From assembly GCA_002293825.1 (NCBI GenBank), contig DBDW01000001.1:3314-67313 (forward strand): 64,000 nt of DNA. The letters run 5' to 3'. A program made the position numbers and the translations under genes. The DNA is from Candidatus Magasanikbacteria bacterium UBA922 (GTDB taxonomy: Bacteria; Patescibacteriota; Patescibacteriia; Magasanikbacterales; UBA922). The notes beneath the pieces were generated by a model. The model was given only the letters and a program-made list of their open reading frames with translations, did not search any database and was not told the origin of the DNA. Positions 28,890-38,260 of this stretch are shown piece by piece; within the stretch, counting starts at the first letter, position 1, and each line of letters starts with the position of its first letter.

Positions 28890-30125
28890 TTACTTAAAAA
28901 TTTTGTTTAATATTTTATCTCTTAATTTTGACAAAGTTTGAATTTCAAAAAAATTTAGTTTTATCTTTCCAAATTGAGAAGAGACAGTATTACTAAATAA
29001 ATTAAGAATATCACTGTTTGGTATATTGATTTCAATATTTGAAAAAACGCCTGTATTTACATTTAGAGTTGCAGAACCTCCACCGCCGATCATTTGCAAA
29101 TCACTACTCATTGATTTCAATACAAAATACAAATATTGTAAAATATGTTCATCTTTAGGAATAATTGAATTTATTTGCTGATTTGTTTGAGAAGCTTCTG
29201 TGGTTATGGAAACTAAACCAACGGTTGCAATACAACTTACACAAATCGAATTTTCTGGCACATATTTATTTCTTTGTGTATCTGCACCAGATAGAGTCAA
29301 TGAATCTTCTGTTTTAACTATAAACATTTGACCATGCATGTCTGGAATTTTAATAAATGGAACTTGTCCTCCAAAAAATTCTTGATTTGATTTTGACGGA
29401 GTTTTGCCGCAGACAATATCTCCGATATCCCCCAACTTCCCAACCCTCCATCCCTCCGGAATCATCCCAAGCTCAGAATCAACCATCTTCCCTGTCGCAC
29501 CTGGAAATCTGAAATCCACAAACCATTCTTTGAAGAGTGTCTGTGCGATACTTTCGAGTGTATTATTTTCTTTTCGCAGCAGCTCGATCTTGTCGTCGAG
29601 ACTTCCGAGGATTGCGGCGATTTCGCGTTGTTCGGAGAGAGGTGGAAGTAAAAATTCATAGTCTCCAATTTTTGTAGGTGACGTATGCTTAACAGTACTG
29701 CCCGTTGCAGAATTCACAATAGACTTCTGATAATCTCTTGTTCTCATCAGATAGTAAATGAAATCTTTAGATACTTCATCTTCATTAACTTCTACAAGAC
29801 CAACTCGTTGATTATGCAAAAATATTTTATCACTTTTATCTGGTATTAATGCGGGGAAACCTAAGGTATCACCCTCCTTACTCAAATCTGTCATTGTTAC
29901 CACCAAATCCCCCGCCTTTAAGACGTATTCATCAGGAATTGGCCCATCATAGTACTTTTTGCCATCCTTCCAGCCTCCCCCAATCAAAAAATTACCTGGT
30001 GTAAGTAGAATATTTTTTGTCTCCTTAGTTGAAAAATATTCACCTTTAAAAGCAAAACCATGTTTTATACTGACTATGTCACCAAGCTTTATTGTTTTCC
30101 AATTTTTTGATGAGGTGAGGGGCAT
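28890..30125 (-). CDS. hsdS: Type I restriction enzyme specificity subunit
   Basis: Two TRDs separated by LPPLSEQREIA.IL..LDDKIE...LFKEWF...IPEGW. Confidence 0.95.
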   Translation of the reverse strand: MPLTSSKNWKTIKLGDIVSIKHGFAFKGEYFSTKETKNILLTPGNFLIGGGWKDGKKYYDGPIPDEYVLKAGDLVVTMTDLSKEGDTLGFPALIPDKSDKIFLHNQRVGLVEVNEDEVSKDFIYYLMRTRDYQKSIVNSATGSTVKHTSPTKIGDYEFLLPPLSEQREIAAILGSLDDKIELLRKENNTLESIAQTLFKEWFVDFRFPGATGKMVDSELGMIPEGWRVGKLGDIGDIVCGKTPSKSNQEFFGGQVPFIKIPDMHGQMFIVKTEDSLTLSGADTQRNKYVPENSICVSCIATVGLVSITTEASQTNQQINSIIPKDEHILQYLYFVLKSMSSDLQMIGGGGSATLNVNTGVFSNIEINIPNSDILNLFSNTVSSQFGKIKLNFFEIQTLSKLRDKILNKIFK

Positions 30126-30127
30126 AT

Positions 30128-30637
30128 TTATTTAACACCAATCATTTTTCTAAATTCATCTGCAATTTTTTCTTCTTGCAACACCAAATCTGTTCTCATC
30201 TTTTCAGCAAGTTCATCCCATAATCTCGCATTTGGAATTTCACCTATTGGATGCGCCTCATACACAAAGTCAACAAAAAGCTTTCTATAATCATCTCGCA
30301 ATATGTCCATATTTTTACACAGATTCTTTGGTAAATAATGCTTCTTGGCATGATAGTATCTTATAAAATCATTAAATAGATTACTTGCTTTTGTTCGACG
30401 TTCAAATTCTGCATCCTGAGAACCATCATCTTGTTGAAAGATTGACACAAGCTCAGACATGGATTGCTTTAAAGATTCCATTTTTTCCATCAGACTATCA
30501 AAAACCTCTCCACGCTTTGTATACAGTCCGGATTCTTTGATAGCACGAATTTGTGTTCGATGATTCATCCATCCAGTAACTACAGCTGCCACCAAACCAG
30601 AACTAAACACTGATAATACAATAGTTTGCAAGTCCAT
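30128..30637 (-). CDS. Hypothetical protein, N-terminal TM plus helical domain
   Basis: MDLQTIVLSVFSSGLVAAVVTGW; abuts hsdS. Confidence 0.65.
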   Translation of the reverse strand: MDLQTIVLSVFSSGLVAAVVTGWMNHRTQIRAIKESGLYTKRGEVFDSLMEKMESLKQSMSELVSIFQQDDGSQDAEFERRTKASNLFNDFIRYYHAKKHYLPKNLCKNMDILRDDYRKLFVDFVYEAHPIGEIPNARLWDELAEKMRTDLVLQEEKIADEFRKMIGVK

Positions 30638-30641
30638 ATAA

Positions 30642-30890
30642 TTAATTCCAACCCATTTTATACAACATAAAACCTCCAACAAGGAGAACAAAAAGTCCAA
30701 TTAAAACTTGCCCCCACCATATTTGATACCATTTTTCTGTACGCCCCGCACCATCATCAAAACTATTTCCTCGTGCAAAAGTATTTTCCCCTTCATCTTG
30801 AATTCCAACATCAAATCCTGAAAAAGAGTTGTTAATAAATTTATTATTTTTTCCCCTATTGAGGACGCCCACACTCTTTTTTTGTGTCAT
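30642..30890 (-). CDS. Small hypothetical protein with C-terminal TM
   Basis: KWYQIWWGQVLIGLFVLLVGGFMLY. Confidence 0.55.
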   Translation of the reverse strand: MTQKKSVGVLNRGKNNKFINNSFSGFDVGIQDEGENTFARGNSFDDGAGRTEKWYQIWWGQVLIGLFVLLVGGFMLYKMGWN

Positions 30891-30977
30891 AAAATTTATT
30901 TTAAGATTCTGTTCTCACTATATACGTCTTAAAAAACTTCTTAATCGTCTCAACTGTTACACCCCTTATCTCGCTCA

Positions 30978-32168
30978 CTAATTATTTTTATTAAGCGATT
31001 GTGGAATAAACCCATTTTTCTCAAGTGATGTAATCACACTTCGTAATAGATAATTATTATTGAATCCAATCGTATAAATACGACCATTCTCATTGATTGA
31101 TTGAAGCATTTTTTTATCCAACAATTTTCTAATAATGCGCGATCGTTGCACTGAAGATTCCTGACCAATCACCTTCTCAAGATCTGCAGATTTAATCGTC
31201 ATTTTCTTGGAACGAATGACTGCTTTCAGAATTTCATACTCTCGGTCCGTGATCATCTTCTTTTCTAGTGCGTCAGTAATAGATGGGAGGAGGATTTTCT
31301 CGACCACATAGTGTATATTCAATAATCGATCAATTTTTTCTATTTCATCTTTTAATCCTCCAAGCACATACTCACACCACGCAAGCACATGCTCTGTTTT
31401 TCCTGTATCAGCGAGTGCCAGCATGTCATAATATTTTTGGCGATCCATACAGAATATAGCGGTCGGATTGAGAATCCGCCCCGCCTTTACTTGAAAATTT
31501 TGTTTGATAAGCATTGCATAGGTAAACATGCGTACCATACGACCGTTTCCATTATCAAATGGATGTACCCAGGTCATGCGATGATGAGCAAGTGCGGTGA
31601 CCAATAAATCATTCTGCAAATCTACCGGAGTATTCACAAATCCTAGTAATTCTTCGAGATATGTCGGTACTTGTATAGGATCAGGAAGTACTACAGTAGC
31701 ACCCTTAATTGAAACAGGTGTCTTTCGCAATTGACCTGGATATTTTGAACCCTCACCATCTGGGGGAGGTGTAAGCCCATCCACAATAATTTTATGAATT
31801 TCTGAAAGATGTGCTCGGGTAATTTTTGTACCATTTTTTATTTGTGCGTCAATAAATTCGATCGCGCGATCAATATTAAAAATTTCCCGTAGTTTTTCTT
31901 CGGTAGTATCTTTAGGCACTTGATCAATAATTTTTTCTACAAATTCAGCAAGCGTAGTTCGATTTCCCTCAATACGCACTGAACCCAAACTTTCCATCCA
32001 CTGAAAAATTTCTTTGAGTTGAAAAAAGATATATGGAGGTACCGCACCACCTAATCTCTTAACCCGTAACTTTTCTAGCTCAACAATAATGCGCGCTAAA
32101 TTCGACCCCCAACTAGGTTCAGGAAGTATCAAAGGGATATCTATAAATGTAACATTTTCATTTGACAT
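30978..32168 (-). CDS. Fic-domain protein with probable C-terminal wHTH
   Basis: HPFDNGNGRMVR catalytic motif; SVRIEGN inhibitory-helix motif. Confidence 0.92.
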   Translation of the reverse strand: MSNENVTFIDIPLILPEPSWGSNLARIIVELEKLRVKRLGGAVPPYIFFQLKEIFQWMESLGSVRIEGNRTTLAEFVEKIIDQVPKDTTEEKLREIFNIDRAIEFIDAQIKNGTKITRAHLSEIHKIIVDGLTPPPDGEGSKYPGQLRKTPVSIKGATVVLPDPIQVPTYLEELLGFVNTPVDLQNDLLVTALAHHRMTWVHPFDNGNGRMVRMFTYAMLIKQNFQVKAGRILNPTAIFCMDRQKYYDMLALADTGKTEHVLAWCEYVLGGLKDEIEKIDRLLNIHYVVEKILLPSITDALEKKMITDREYEILKAVIRSKKMTIKSADLEKVIGQESSVQRSRIIRKLLDKKMLQSINENGRIYTIGFNNNYLLRSVITSLEKNGFIPQSLNKNN

Positions 32169-32190
32169 AATTTAACACCAATACTTGATA

Positions 32191-32254
32191 AAATAGCTCT
32201 ATGTAGCTATTTTTTAGCTGAATTTACTATAGCATTATTTATCAAATTATGCAA
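32191..32254 (-). promoter_or_regulatory. Fic promoter with downstream palindromic operator
   Basis: Minus strand TTGCAT-17-TATAGT (32226-32254); AAATAGCT-N6-AGCTATTT at 32191-32212. Confidence 0.55.
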
Positions 32255-32619
32255 GAGGTTATTTAACATCAATACATCATTACTACTATCTAATGGCAAC
32301 ATTTTTCTTTAATTTGTTGCCATTTAACCAGAGAAGTCAACAAAATTTTACCTTATTTTAGCCAAAATTTTGCATCTTAGTTAAGTATTGATGTGACACT
32401 TAACCAAAAGTAATTTTTATTGCTTAATCTAGCTAAATTTAATCTTCAATGGCAACAATATCGCCTATTTTGTTGACCTTACTCACCTCAGTGGCAACAA
32501 AACTATAAAATATCTCATTGTAGCCACATTTTTTGCCTGATAGTTAAAGTCTTTACCTATTGATCAGCAGAGGAGAAAAACTATCCTTTTTTACAAAATG
32601 TGGATAACATCAGTAATTA

Positions 32620-32648
32620 TTGACTTTTTAAGATTTTTTATGTATAGT
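32620..32648 (+). promoter_or_regulatory. Sigma70-type promoter convergent on the PemK-like gene
   Basis: TTGACT-17 nt-TATAGT with extended -10 TG; DnaA-box TGTGGATAA just upstream (32599-32607). Confidence 0.7.
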
Positions 32649-32653
32649 GTATA

Positions 32654-32717
32654 TACATTTGGCGTCCCACATACGTGGGAAGCTCCGCTCCTCGCTCCGG
32701 CGAGGAGCTGTTTTTTT
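32654..32717 (+). ncRNA. Putative ~60-nt two-hairpin small RNA (candidate antitoxin)
   Basis: GGC-G-TCCCAC-atac-GTGGGA-A-GCT hairpin, then terminator GCTCCTCGC-TCCG-GCGAGGAGC-TGTTTTTTT. Confidence 0.55.
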
Positions 32718-33130
32718 ATTCAAACTGTTTCCGAAATTCAGTTCGCACACTCATGAATTGTTCACTATCGAGCTTTGATTTTTTGCGCAATAACCGTTTC
32801 GCGCTAATTACCCTTCCTTGAGAAATATTGACACTTCTCACCTCTTCATCAATCACCACATGCATCTGATACCACGGTTTTTCTTCTTTTATCTTCGTAC
32901 TTGTCGGCAAAACAAAGCACATATCTCTCGAATATTTTTTGAGAATCAGCACTGGTCGTTCAAACAAATCATTTTTACCATCCACCTCATATCCAATATT
33001 TTTTTCCCAATGCCGCCCACCATATCTCACGCTCTTCAAAATATACTTCTCTTTTCTCTTGATTCAGATGATGACGAATCTTCTTTTTTGTCCATGCGAC
33101 AAATTTTTCACCCACCTCATACGGAGTCAT
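32716..33130 (-). pseudogene. PemK/MazF-like toxin, frameshifted at an A7 tract
   Basis: MTPYEV...FEEREIWWAALGK then, shifted by +1, NIGYEVDGK...ERPVLILKK...LPTSTK...SQGRVISAKRL; T7 at 32999-33005 where T6 restores the frame. Confidence 0.75.
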
Positions 33131-33152
33131 ACCTGTAGTAAATAGTAAAAAA

Positions 33153-34697
33153 CTATATCTCAATACCCACTTTTTTCAACTGTTTTTTGATCTCCTCATT
33201 AAGCCTTCCCTCTTCCTCGATCTGCCCTTTGAGCTCTACCGCAAGCTTCCCCATTTTTTCCTCAAACGGAATTCCATCATCAATCGCATCAGTAATCCCA
33301 ACATAGCGACCCGGAGTGAGTACATAATTGTGCTTTTGTACGTCTGCAAGTGTTGCAGATTTAGTGAATCCTTTTTTGTCTTCATACTTCCCATCCTTCG
33401 TTCTCCATTCGTGATAGACACCTGCCACCATTTCTATATCCTCATCACTAAATTCTCGATGCGTACGATCTGCCATGAATCCTACATCTGATGCATCGAT
33501 AAATAATATCTCACCCGTACGTTTCCGATCACCATTTCCGACACGTTTTCGCGAAATAAACCAAATACATGCAGGAATACCAGTGTTGTAGAATAATTGT
33601 TTTGGAAGCATGACAATACAATCGACCAGATCCGCATCTACGAGCGCTTTTCGTATCTCACCCTCACCACTTGATTGTGACGAGAGCGATCCATTTGCAA
33701 GCACACACGCCATTACTCCATGTGGCGAGAGATGGTAAATCATATGCTGAAGCCACGCAAAATTTGCATTGCCTGCCGGAGGCTTGCCATATTGCCAGCG
33801 CGGATCATTCTGTAATAATTCCGCACTCCAGTCTGAAACGTTGAATGGCGGATTTGCCAAGATATAGTCTGCTTTGAGATCCTTGTGTGCATCATTGAGA
33901 AATGATCCTTCAGTATTCCATTTGATTCCACTTCCATCAATGCCACGGATTGCCAAATTCATGCGCGCGAGGCGATACGTGGTCTGATTACTTTCCTGTC
34001 CATAGACTGCCAGATCATCAATTCTCCCCGCATGAGATTTCACAAATTTTTCTGACATGATAAACATTCCCCCACTTCCACAGCATGGATCATAGATGCG
34101 TCCTTTGTAGGGCTCAATCATTTGTACCATCAACTTTACAATTGATTTTGGTGTATAGAATTGACCACCTTTTTTTCCTTCAGCATTAGCAAATTCTCCG
34201 AGGAAATATTCATAGACGCGACCCAATAAATCTTTTGATTTTGCTTCTTCATCTCCGAGTGCAATATTGCCAATAAGATCAATCAATCCTCCGAGTGAGC
34301 CTTTATCAAGATTTGGCCGAGCAAATACTTTGGGCAAAATTCCTTTGAGTTCTGGATTGAGTTTTTCTATTGCTTCCATGGCGCGATCGAGATCTTCTCC
34401 AATCGTCGGCAATTTTGACCGACTATGCAGAAATGACCAGCGTGCTTCTGCTGGCACATAAAACACATGTTCTGCTCGGTATTCATCTATGTCTTCTGGA
34501 TTTGCACCTGTTCCTTTTTCTTTTTCTAGTGTCAGTTTAGCATGAAGTTCTTCAAATGAATCAGAAATATACTTGAGAAATACCAATCCAAGCGCGACAT
34601 TTTTGTATTCTGCTGCATCAATGTTTTTGCGGAGTTTATCCGCTGCTTTAAACAACGTTTTTTCGAAATTTTCTACTGGTTTTTTTTGTTGAGCCAT
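33153..34697 (-). CDS. hsdM: Type I restriction-modification methyltransferase
   Basis: [29 protein letters not shown]. Confidence 0.97.
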   Translation of the reverse strand: MAQQKKPVENFEKTLFKAADKLRKNIDAAEYKNVALGLVFLKYISDSFEELHAKLTLEKEKGTGANPEDIDEYRAEHVFYVPAEARWSFLHSRSKLPTIGEDLDRAMEAIEKLNPELKGILPKVFARPNLDKGSLGGLIDLIGNIALGDEEAKSKDLLGRVYEYFLGEFANAEGKKGGQFYTPKSIVKLMVQMIEPYKGRIYDPCCGSGGMFIMSEKFVKSHAGRIDDLAVYGQESNQTTYRLARMNLAIRGIDGSGIKWNTEGSFLNDAHKDLKADYILANPPFNVSDWSAELLQNDPRWQYGKPPAGNANFAWLQHMIYHLSPHGVMACVLANGSLSSQSSGEGEIRKALVDADLVDCIVMLPKQLFYNTGIPACIWFISRKRVGNGDRKRTGEILFIDASDVGFMADRTHREFSDEDIEMVAGVYHEWRTKDGKYEDKKGFTKSATLADVQKHNYVLTPGRYVGITDAIDDGIPFEEKMGKLAVELKGQIEEEGRLNEEIKKQLKKVGIEI

Positions 34698-34716
34698 AAT
34701 AAAAAATAGTACTCTC

Positions 34717-34745
34717 ATAGTAGCACCCTGCAGTATATGCGTCAA
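34717..34745 (-). promoter_or_regulatory. Promoter of hsdM
   Basis: Minus strand TTGACG-17-TACTAT. Confidence 0.6.
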
Positions 34746-34861
34746 TTTATTCTACTTACCTAAAATCCGCATATTTCAGCTGATTTTCGGGGGGGTAGTA
34801 GGGGGTTCGCCCCCCTACCGTATATATTATTTTTCAAAAACAGTCACACTACTCCCGCTAC

Positions 34862-35296
34862 TCACTGTCGCACAAATACAAAGATATTCCCCGCTCCCTC
34901 GAGTGTCATCTCTGCACTCGCATGAGTGACCACTGCCCCGAGAGCAAGCATACTCCCCCATGCCTGCTCCATCTCCATAATACCTGCAGGCGACGAACAC
35001 CACATCTTGGTAGACACGAGAAGACTCGAGAGCTGTCCCTCGGCGAGGGTATACTCACCACTCATCGTATTGCACAATCGTATATGGAGACGCCCGTCGA
35101 GAAAAGACAGGAAATACTGCTCACCTAGAGGAATCGACGTATTATTGAATGAGGCGAGGCGATACATCCTCCCATCCAGAGATGTGGTAGGAAGTGTTTT
35201 TTCAGGATGAAATACCGTGCGCATGTACACCAATACACCCACACTTAGAAGTACGAGTAGGCACGCAATCAATCCGATTTTCATAGTGATACGCAT
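34862..35296 (-). CDS. META (HslJ-like) domain protein, membrane anchored
   Basis: N-terminal TM; CNTMSGEY...STKMWC...ME. Confidence 0.75.
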   Translation of the reverse strand: MRITMKIGLIACLLVLLSVGVLVYMRTVFHPEKTLPTTSLDGRMYRLASFNNTSIPLGEQYFLSFLDGRLHIRLCNTMSGEYTLAEGQLSSLLVSTKMWCSSPAGIMEMEQAWGSMLALGAVVTHASAEMTLEGAGNIFVFVRQ

Positions 35297-35431
35297 AGAT
35301 ACTCACTAGTATAATACAGATAGATGTACTCATACAAACACACGATGGTATACAAAAAAACAAAAGACCCTGTATCACTCGGATACAGGGTTACTACACA
35401 TGAGAAGACCGCGAAACCAAGGAGCAGCTGC

Positions 35432-35950
35432 TCACGAGTCTCGCATATCTCCCTCGATGCACACCGCCAGAAACCAGAAATGGCTCGCCCACGTACTCTC
35501 GGGCGCATGACGACGCACACGCACCTCACGAGAAGTGTCTCCACCATCGAGATACATGATCTCACGCGATCCGTCATCGAGAGTGACAGACTCAGAAGCG
35601 AGCGCCACGATCGGGAACCTGCGCTGCAGATTCATGAAGAACGCTCCCAGAGCGAGCAGCTCTCGAGTGTTCGCCGGACGGAGCATGGCGAGCGCGAGGT
35701 GCTTCTCGACCTCATCACTCGTAGCATCTCGTCCCAGATTCACGAGACAGAGCTTCACACGAGCGACCCCCCGATTGTTCGAGGGGAAAAATTCAGCGGT
35801 AGCACGCCAGCACTCCCAGTCATAGCGTCCAGCTCTGATCGCCTGTGTGAAAGACATCTCATAGTCGACCATCATATCAGCCCCCCGATCGAAGAGCGGT
35901 GCATATGCACCCTCGACCACAGGAGCCTGCTCAGCAGTAGTTCTCCCCAT
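35432..35950 (-). CDS. Hypothetical protein
   Basis: GGAGGGTG SD before MGRTT; LRPANTRELLAL...W...W.FLAV. Confidence 0.6.
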   Translation of the reverse strand: MGRTTAEQAPVVEGAYAPLFDRGADMMVDYEMSFTQAIRAGRYDWECWRATAEFFPSNNRGVARVKLCLVNLGRDATSDEVEKHLALAMLRPANTRELLALGAFFMNLQRRFPIVALASESVTLDDGSREIMYLDGGDTSREVRVRRHAPESTWASHFWFLAVCIEGDMRDS

Positions 35951-36024
35951 CTCACCCTCCACAGCATAAGTCAGCTGTCGTGACAGACACCTGCCGTACA
36001 CGCATCTGACAAGACCACTAGAGA

Positions 36025-36486
36025 CTACACACACCGCAGGATGCGATCAGCATCCGTCCCATCCTCATTGACGAGGGACCATCTGTGCACCCACTGCTCA
36101 CGATCCCACACGAGACAGTTCACGTAAAGCCGATCCGGGCTCAGCCAGTCGGTGAAGATGATGAAGTAGCCCCGCCACTCGACAGGAATTTCTTCCTGAT
36201 AGCGAAGGAGATGCTCAGCATGCATCCGACCCAGATGCGCCATGCGCTCACGCGCACGACGGAACATCGTGTGTCCACTGACGACGGTTTCGTGTGGATT
36301 GAGAAAATTCACCAGCTCGTATCGACGTCCACCGATCAGGGCACTCATCTGAGCAGCTCGCATGATCATCTCATCACAAAACCGTACCACCTCCGCCCGA
36401 TACTCCTCTTTCACGAGCATGTGAAAACGCCGATCCCCGAGACTCTGCACAAAATGTGCAAGGTAATCAAAATCTTTCACATCCAT
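36025..36486 (-). CDS. Hypothetical protein (Trp-rich C-terminus)
   Basis: GGAGGGAG SD; TTGACA promoter-like element upstream. Confidence 0.6.
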   Translation of the reverse strand: MDVKDFDYLAHFVQSLGDRRFHMLVKEEYRAEVVRFCDEMIMRAAQMSALIGGRRYELVNFLNPHETVVSGHTMFRRARERMAHLGRMHAEHLLRYQEEIPVEWRGYFIIFTDWLSPDRLYVNCLVWDREQWVHRWSLVNEDGTDADRILRCV

Positions 36487-36646
36487 GACTCACTCCCTCC
36501 GTGAATAGTGACTCGAATGTGTGAAAAATATCACATACCGATAGTATTTTGTCAAGAAAAAACAGGATACAATACTTGACTTTTGAACACAATTACTCTA
36601 GGCTCATTCATGTACGAGTACGGTACTCCAGCCGGAGGGACGTTCT

Positions 36647-36877
36647 ATGAATGTAGGTTCATTTATCTGCAGAATGAGTGGCATATTGTGCATCCTCCCT
36701 GCCATAATCGGAATTCCTCTCACCTTCTATTACGAATCCGGAAGCTCGGAATACGAACACGGTTATCCCTGTCTAGTGATCGCTTTCTTTCTCTCAGCCA
36801 TCTGTCTCATCGCAGGCAGACTAGAAGAAGCTACACAAGAAGAATCAGAAGCTCACCACAAACAAGACGATGGATAA
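36647..36877 (+). CDS. Small two-TM hypothetical protein
   Basis: GGAGGG SD; two hydrophobic segments; terminator at ~36934-36971. Confidence 0.5.
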   Translation: MNVGSFICRMSGILCILPAIIGIPLTFYYESGSSEYEHGYPCLVIAFFLSAICLIAGRLEEATQEESEAHHKQDDG

Positions 36878-36970
36878 ACACCACTACCCACTCGTGCCCC
36901 TGTAGACACTCGCGCTACAGGGATTCACGATTATACAAAAAACCCTGTACCGTTCTGGTACAGGGTTTTG

Positions 36971-37386
36971 TGTTTCACACGATTCCTATAAGCCGAATTT
37001 TGTTCCCAGCTTGCGCCGGGTGATAATCATTTATCTTGTCCTACTATTACTAGCAGGATCATACACGAACTAACTTTTCGAATCCCGAAATGGGGAAACG
37101 CTGTTCTTTCTCCAGGTAGGGTTTACCGCCATACTGTCTTGCGACAGATGTAGTGTGGTAGCATTGATACGGCGCATATGCTGAACCTATCAATACCTCC
37201 ACACTCTTTTCACCTTTCCCCTGAATCACGAGGATTCAGAGTAGTATTGTCTCTGTGGCACTGTCCCGCATACGATCTCGCGACCGCATGGATGGATGTT
37301 ATCCACTACCCGTGTTCTTGACATAATATCAAGAGGAGTTCGGACTTTCCTCCCGTAGGGGCGATTATCCAGAATCGTGTGAAACA
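36971..37386 (-). ncRNA. rnpB: RNase P RNA
   Basis: Minus strand GAGGAAAGTCCG, AGTGCCACAGA, GGTAAACCC, ACAAAATTCGGCTTA; P1 TGTTTCACACGATTC/GAATCGTGTGAAACA; promoter TTGACA-17-TATCCT at 37392-37420. Confidence 0.95.
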
Positions 37387-37462
37387 GGAGAAGGATAGCA
37401 CACGAATGCGTAGTTGTCAATCGATACAGTCCAAAAAAATTGAGAAATAAAAAATCTATGTT

Positions 37463-38224
37463 CTAAAATTTACGCTCTTTTCCCACGACCATATCAATCC
37501 TACTTTTTGCAAGTCTAATAGTCACTTTTACCTCTTTCGTAGTCTTGCCATCTGCCTCGACCACAAATGGTTTTTTACTGGTGACTACCATTTCTTCAAA
37601 CGGAAAAATACTCGGCTCTTCAAAATCTTCTTTTTTGAACCAGCCCCCCGGAACGACCGGACGCAAAAATGCTTCGAGCTTATTATCCTGTGGATGAGCT
37701 ACATATCGACGACCTTTTCCTGTCCAAAAAAATGGTTGCAAATTGCACACGACTAATTCCATTTTTCCACTCGTACTCGACACATTGAAACGCTCGTCAT
37801 ACTGAATCGCAATAGGACTCGGAGGAATATGTAATTGCGAGACAAAATACCGATTATTTACCCATCCTACATCTAGTCTCAATCGACGACGACGTGCCAA
37901 AATATCGCACGCCTCAATACCTACGGGAATGCCCAGTACTTCCGCAATCGTATTATCCGTACCAATCGGAATAAATGCAAAAGTCACCGTATGTGATGCG
38001 ACATACGATAAAATATGACCAAAGGTAGTATCATTTCCCACAATCACCACGGTCTTTGCTCCTTTTCGCACTTCATCTTGCAACAACAAATCAGCAGAGG
38101 AGTACTGCTGAAGACGGACTATTTTGCCGGCGATCCCGTAATCGGTCAGACGTGTTTCTATCGCTTTCAAAATCGTCTCATATCGCTTGTGCTTCAAAAA
38201 GTTGTCGTAGAGATAGACATACAT
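37463..38224 (-). CDS. Diacylglycerol/NAD kinase-like fold protein (divergent)
   Basis: VVIVGNDTTF, FIPIGTDN.IA..LGIP, LDVG.VN.RYF, EADG. Confidence 0.7.
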   Translation of the reverse strand: MYVYLYDNFLKHKRYETILKAIETRLTDYGIAGKIVRLQQYSSADLLLQDEVRKGAKTVVIVGNDTTFGHILSYVASHTVTFAFIPIGTDNTIAEVLGIPVGIEACDILARRRRLRLDVGWVNNRYFVSQLHIPPSPIAIQYDERFNVSSTSGKMELVVCNLQPFFWTGKGRRYVAHPQDNKLEAFLRPVVPGGWFKKEDFEEPSIFPFEEMVVTSKKPFVVEADGKTTKEVKVTIRLAKSRIDMVVGKERKF

Positions 38225-38260
38225 ACTCGCCGTGAATTACACGTAAGGCGTGAACACGTA

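Noticed and set aside
28890-30125. Phase-variable hsdS shufflon
   Set aside because: Only one hsdS, with no extra TRDs, inverted repeats or recombinase nearby
21055-34820. Prophage or integrative element
   Set aside because: No integrase, transposase, phage structural genes, flanking tRNA or att-like direct repeats found
35324-37023. Plus-strand ORFs 35324..35983, 36085..36504 and 36583..37023
   Set aside because: Shadows or out-of-frame overlaps of better supported SD-led genes; the last crosses a terminator into rnpB
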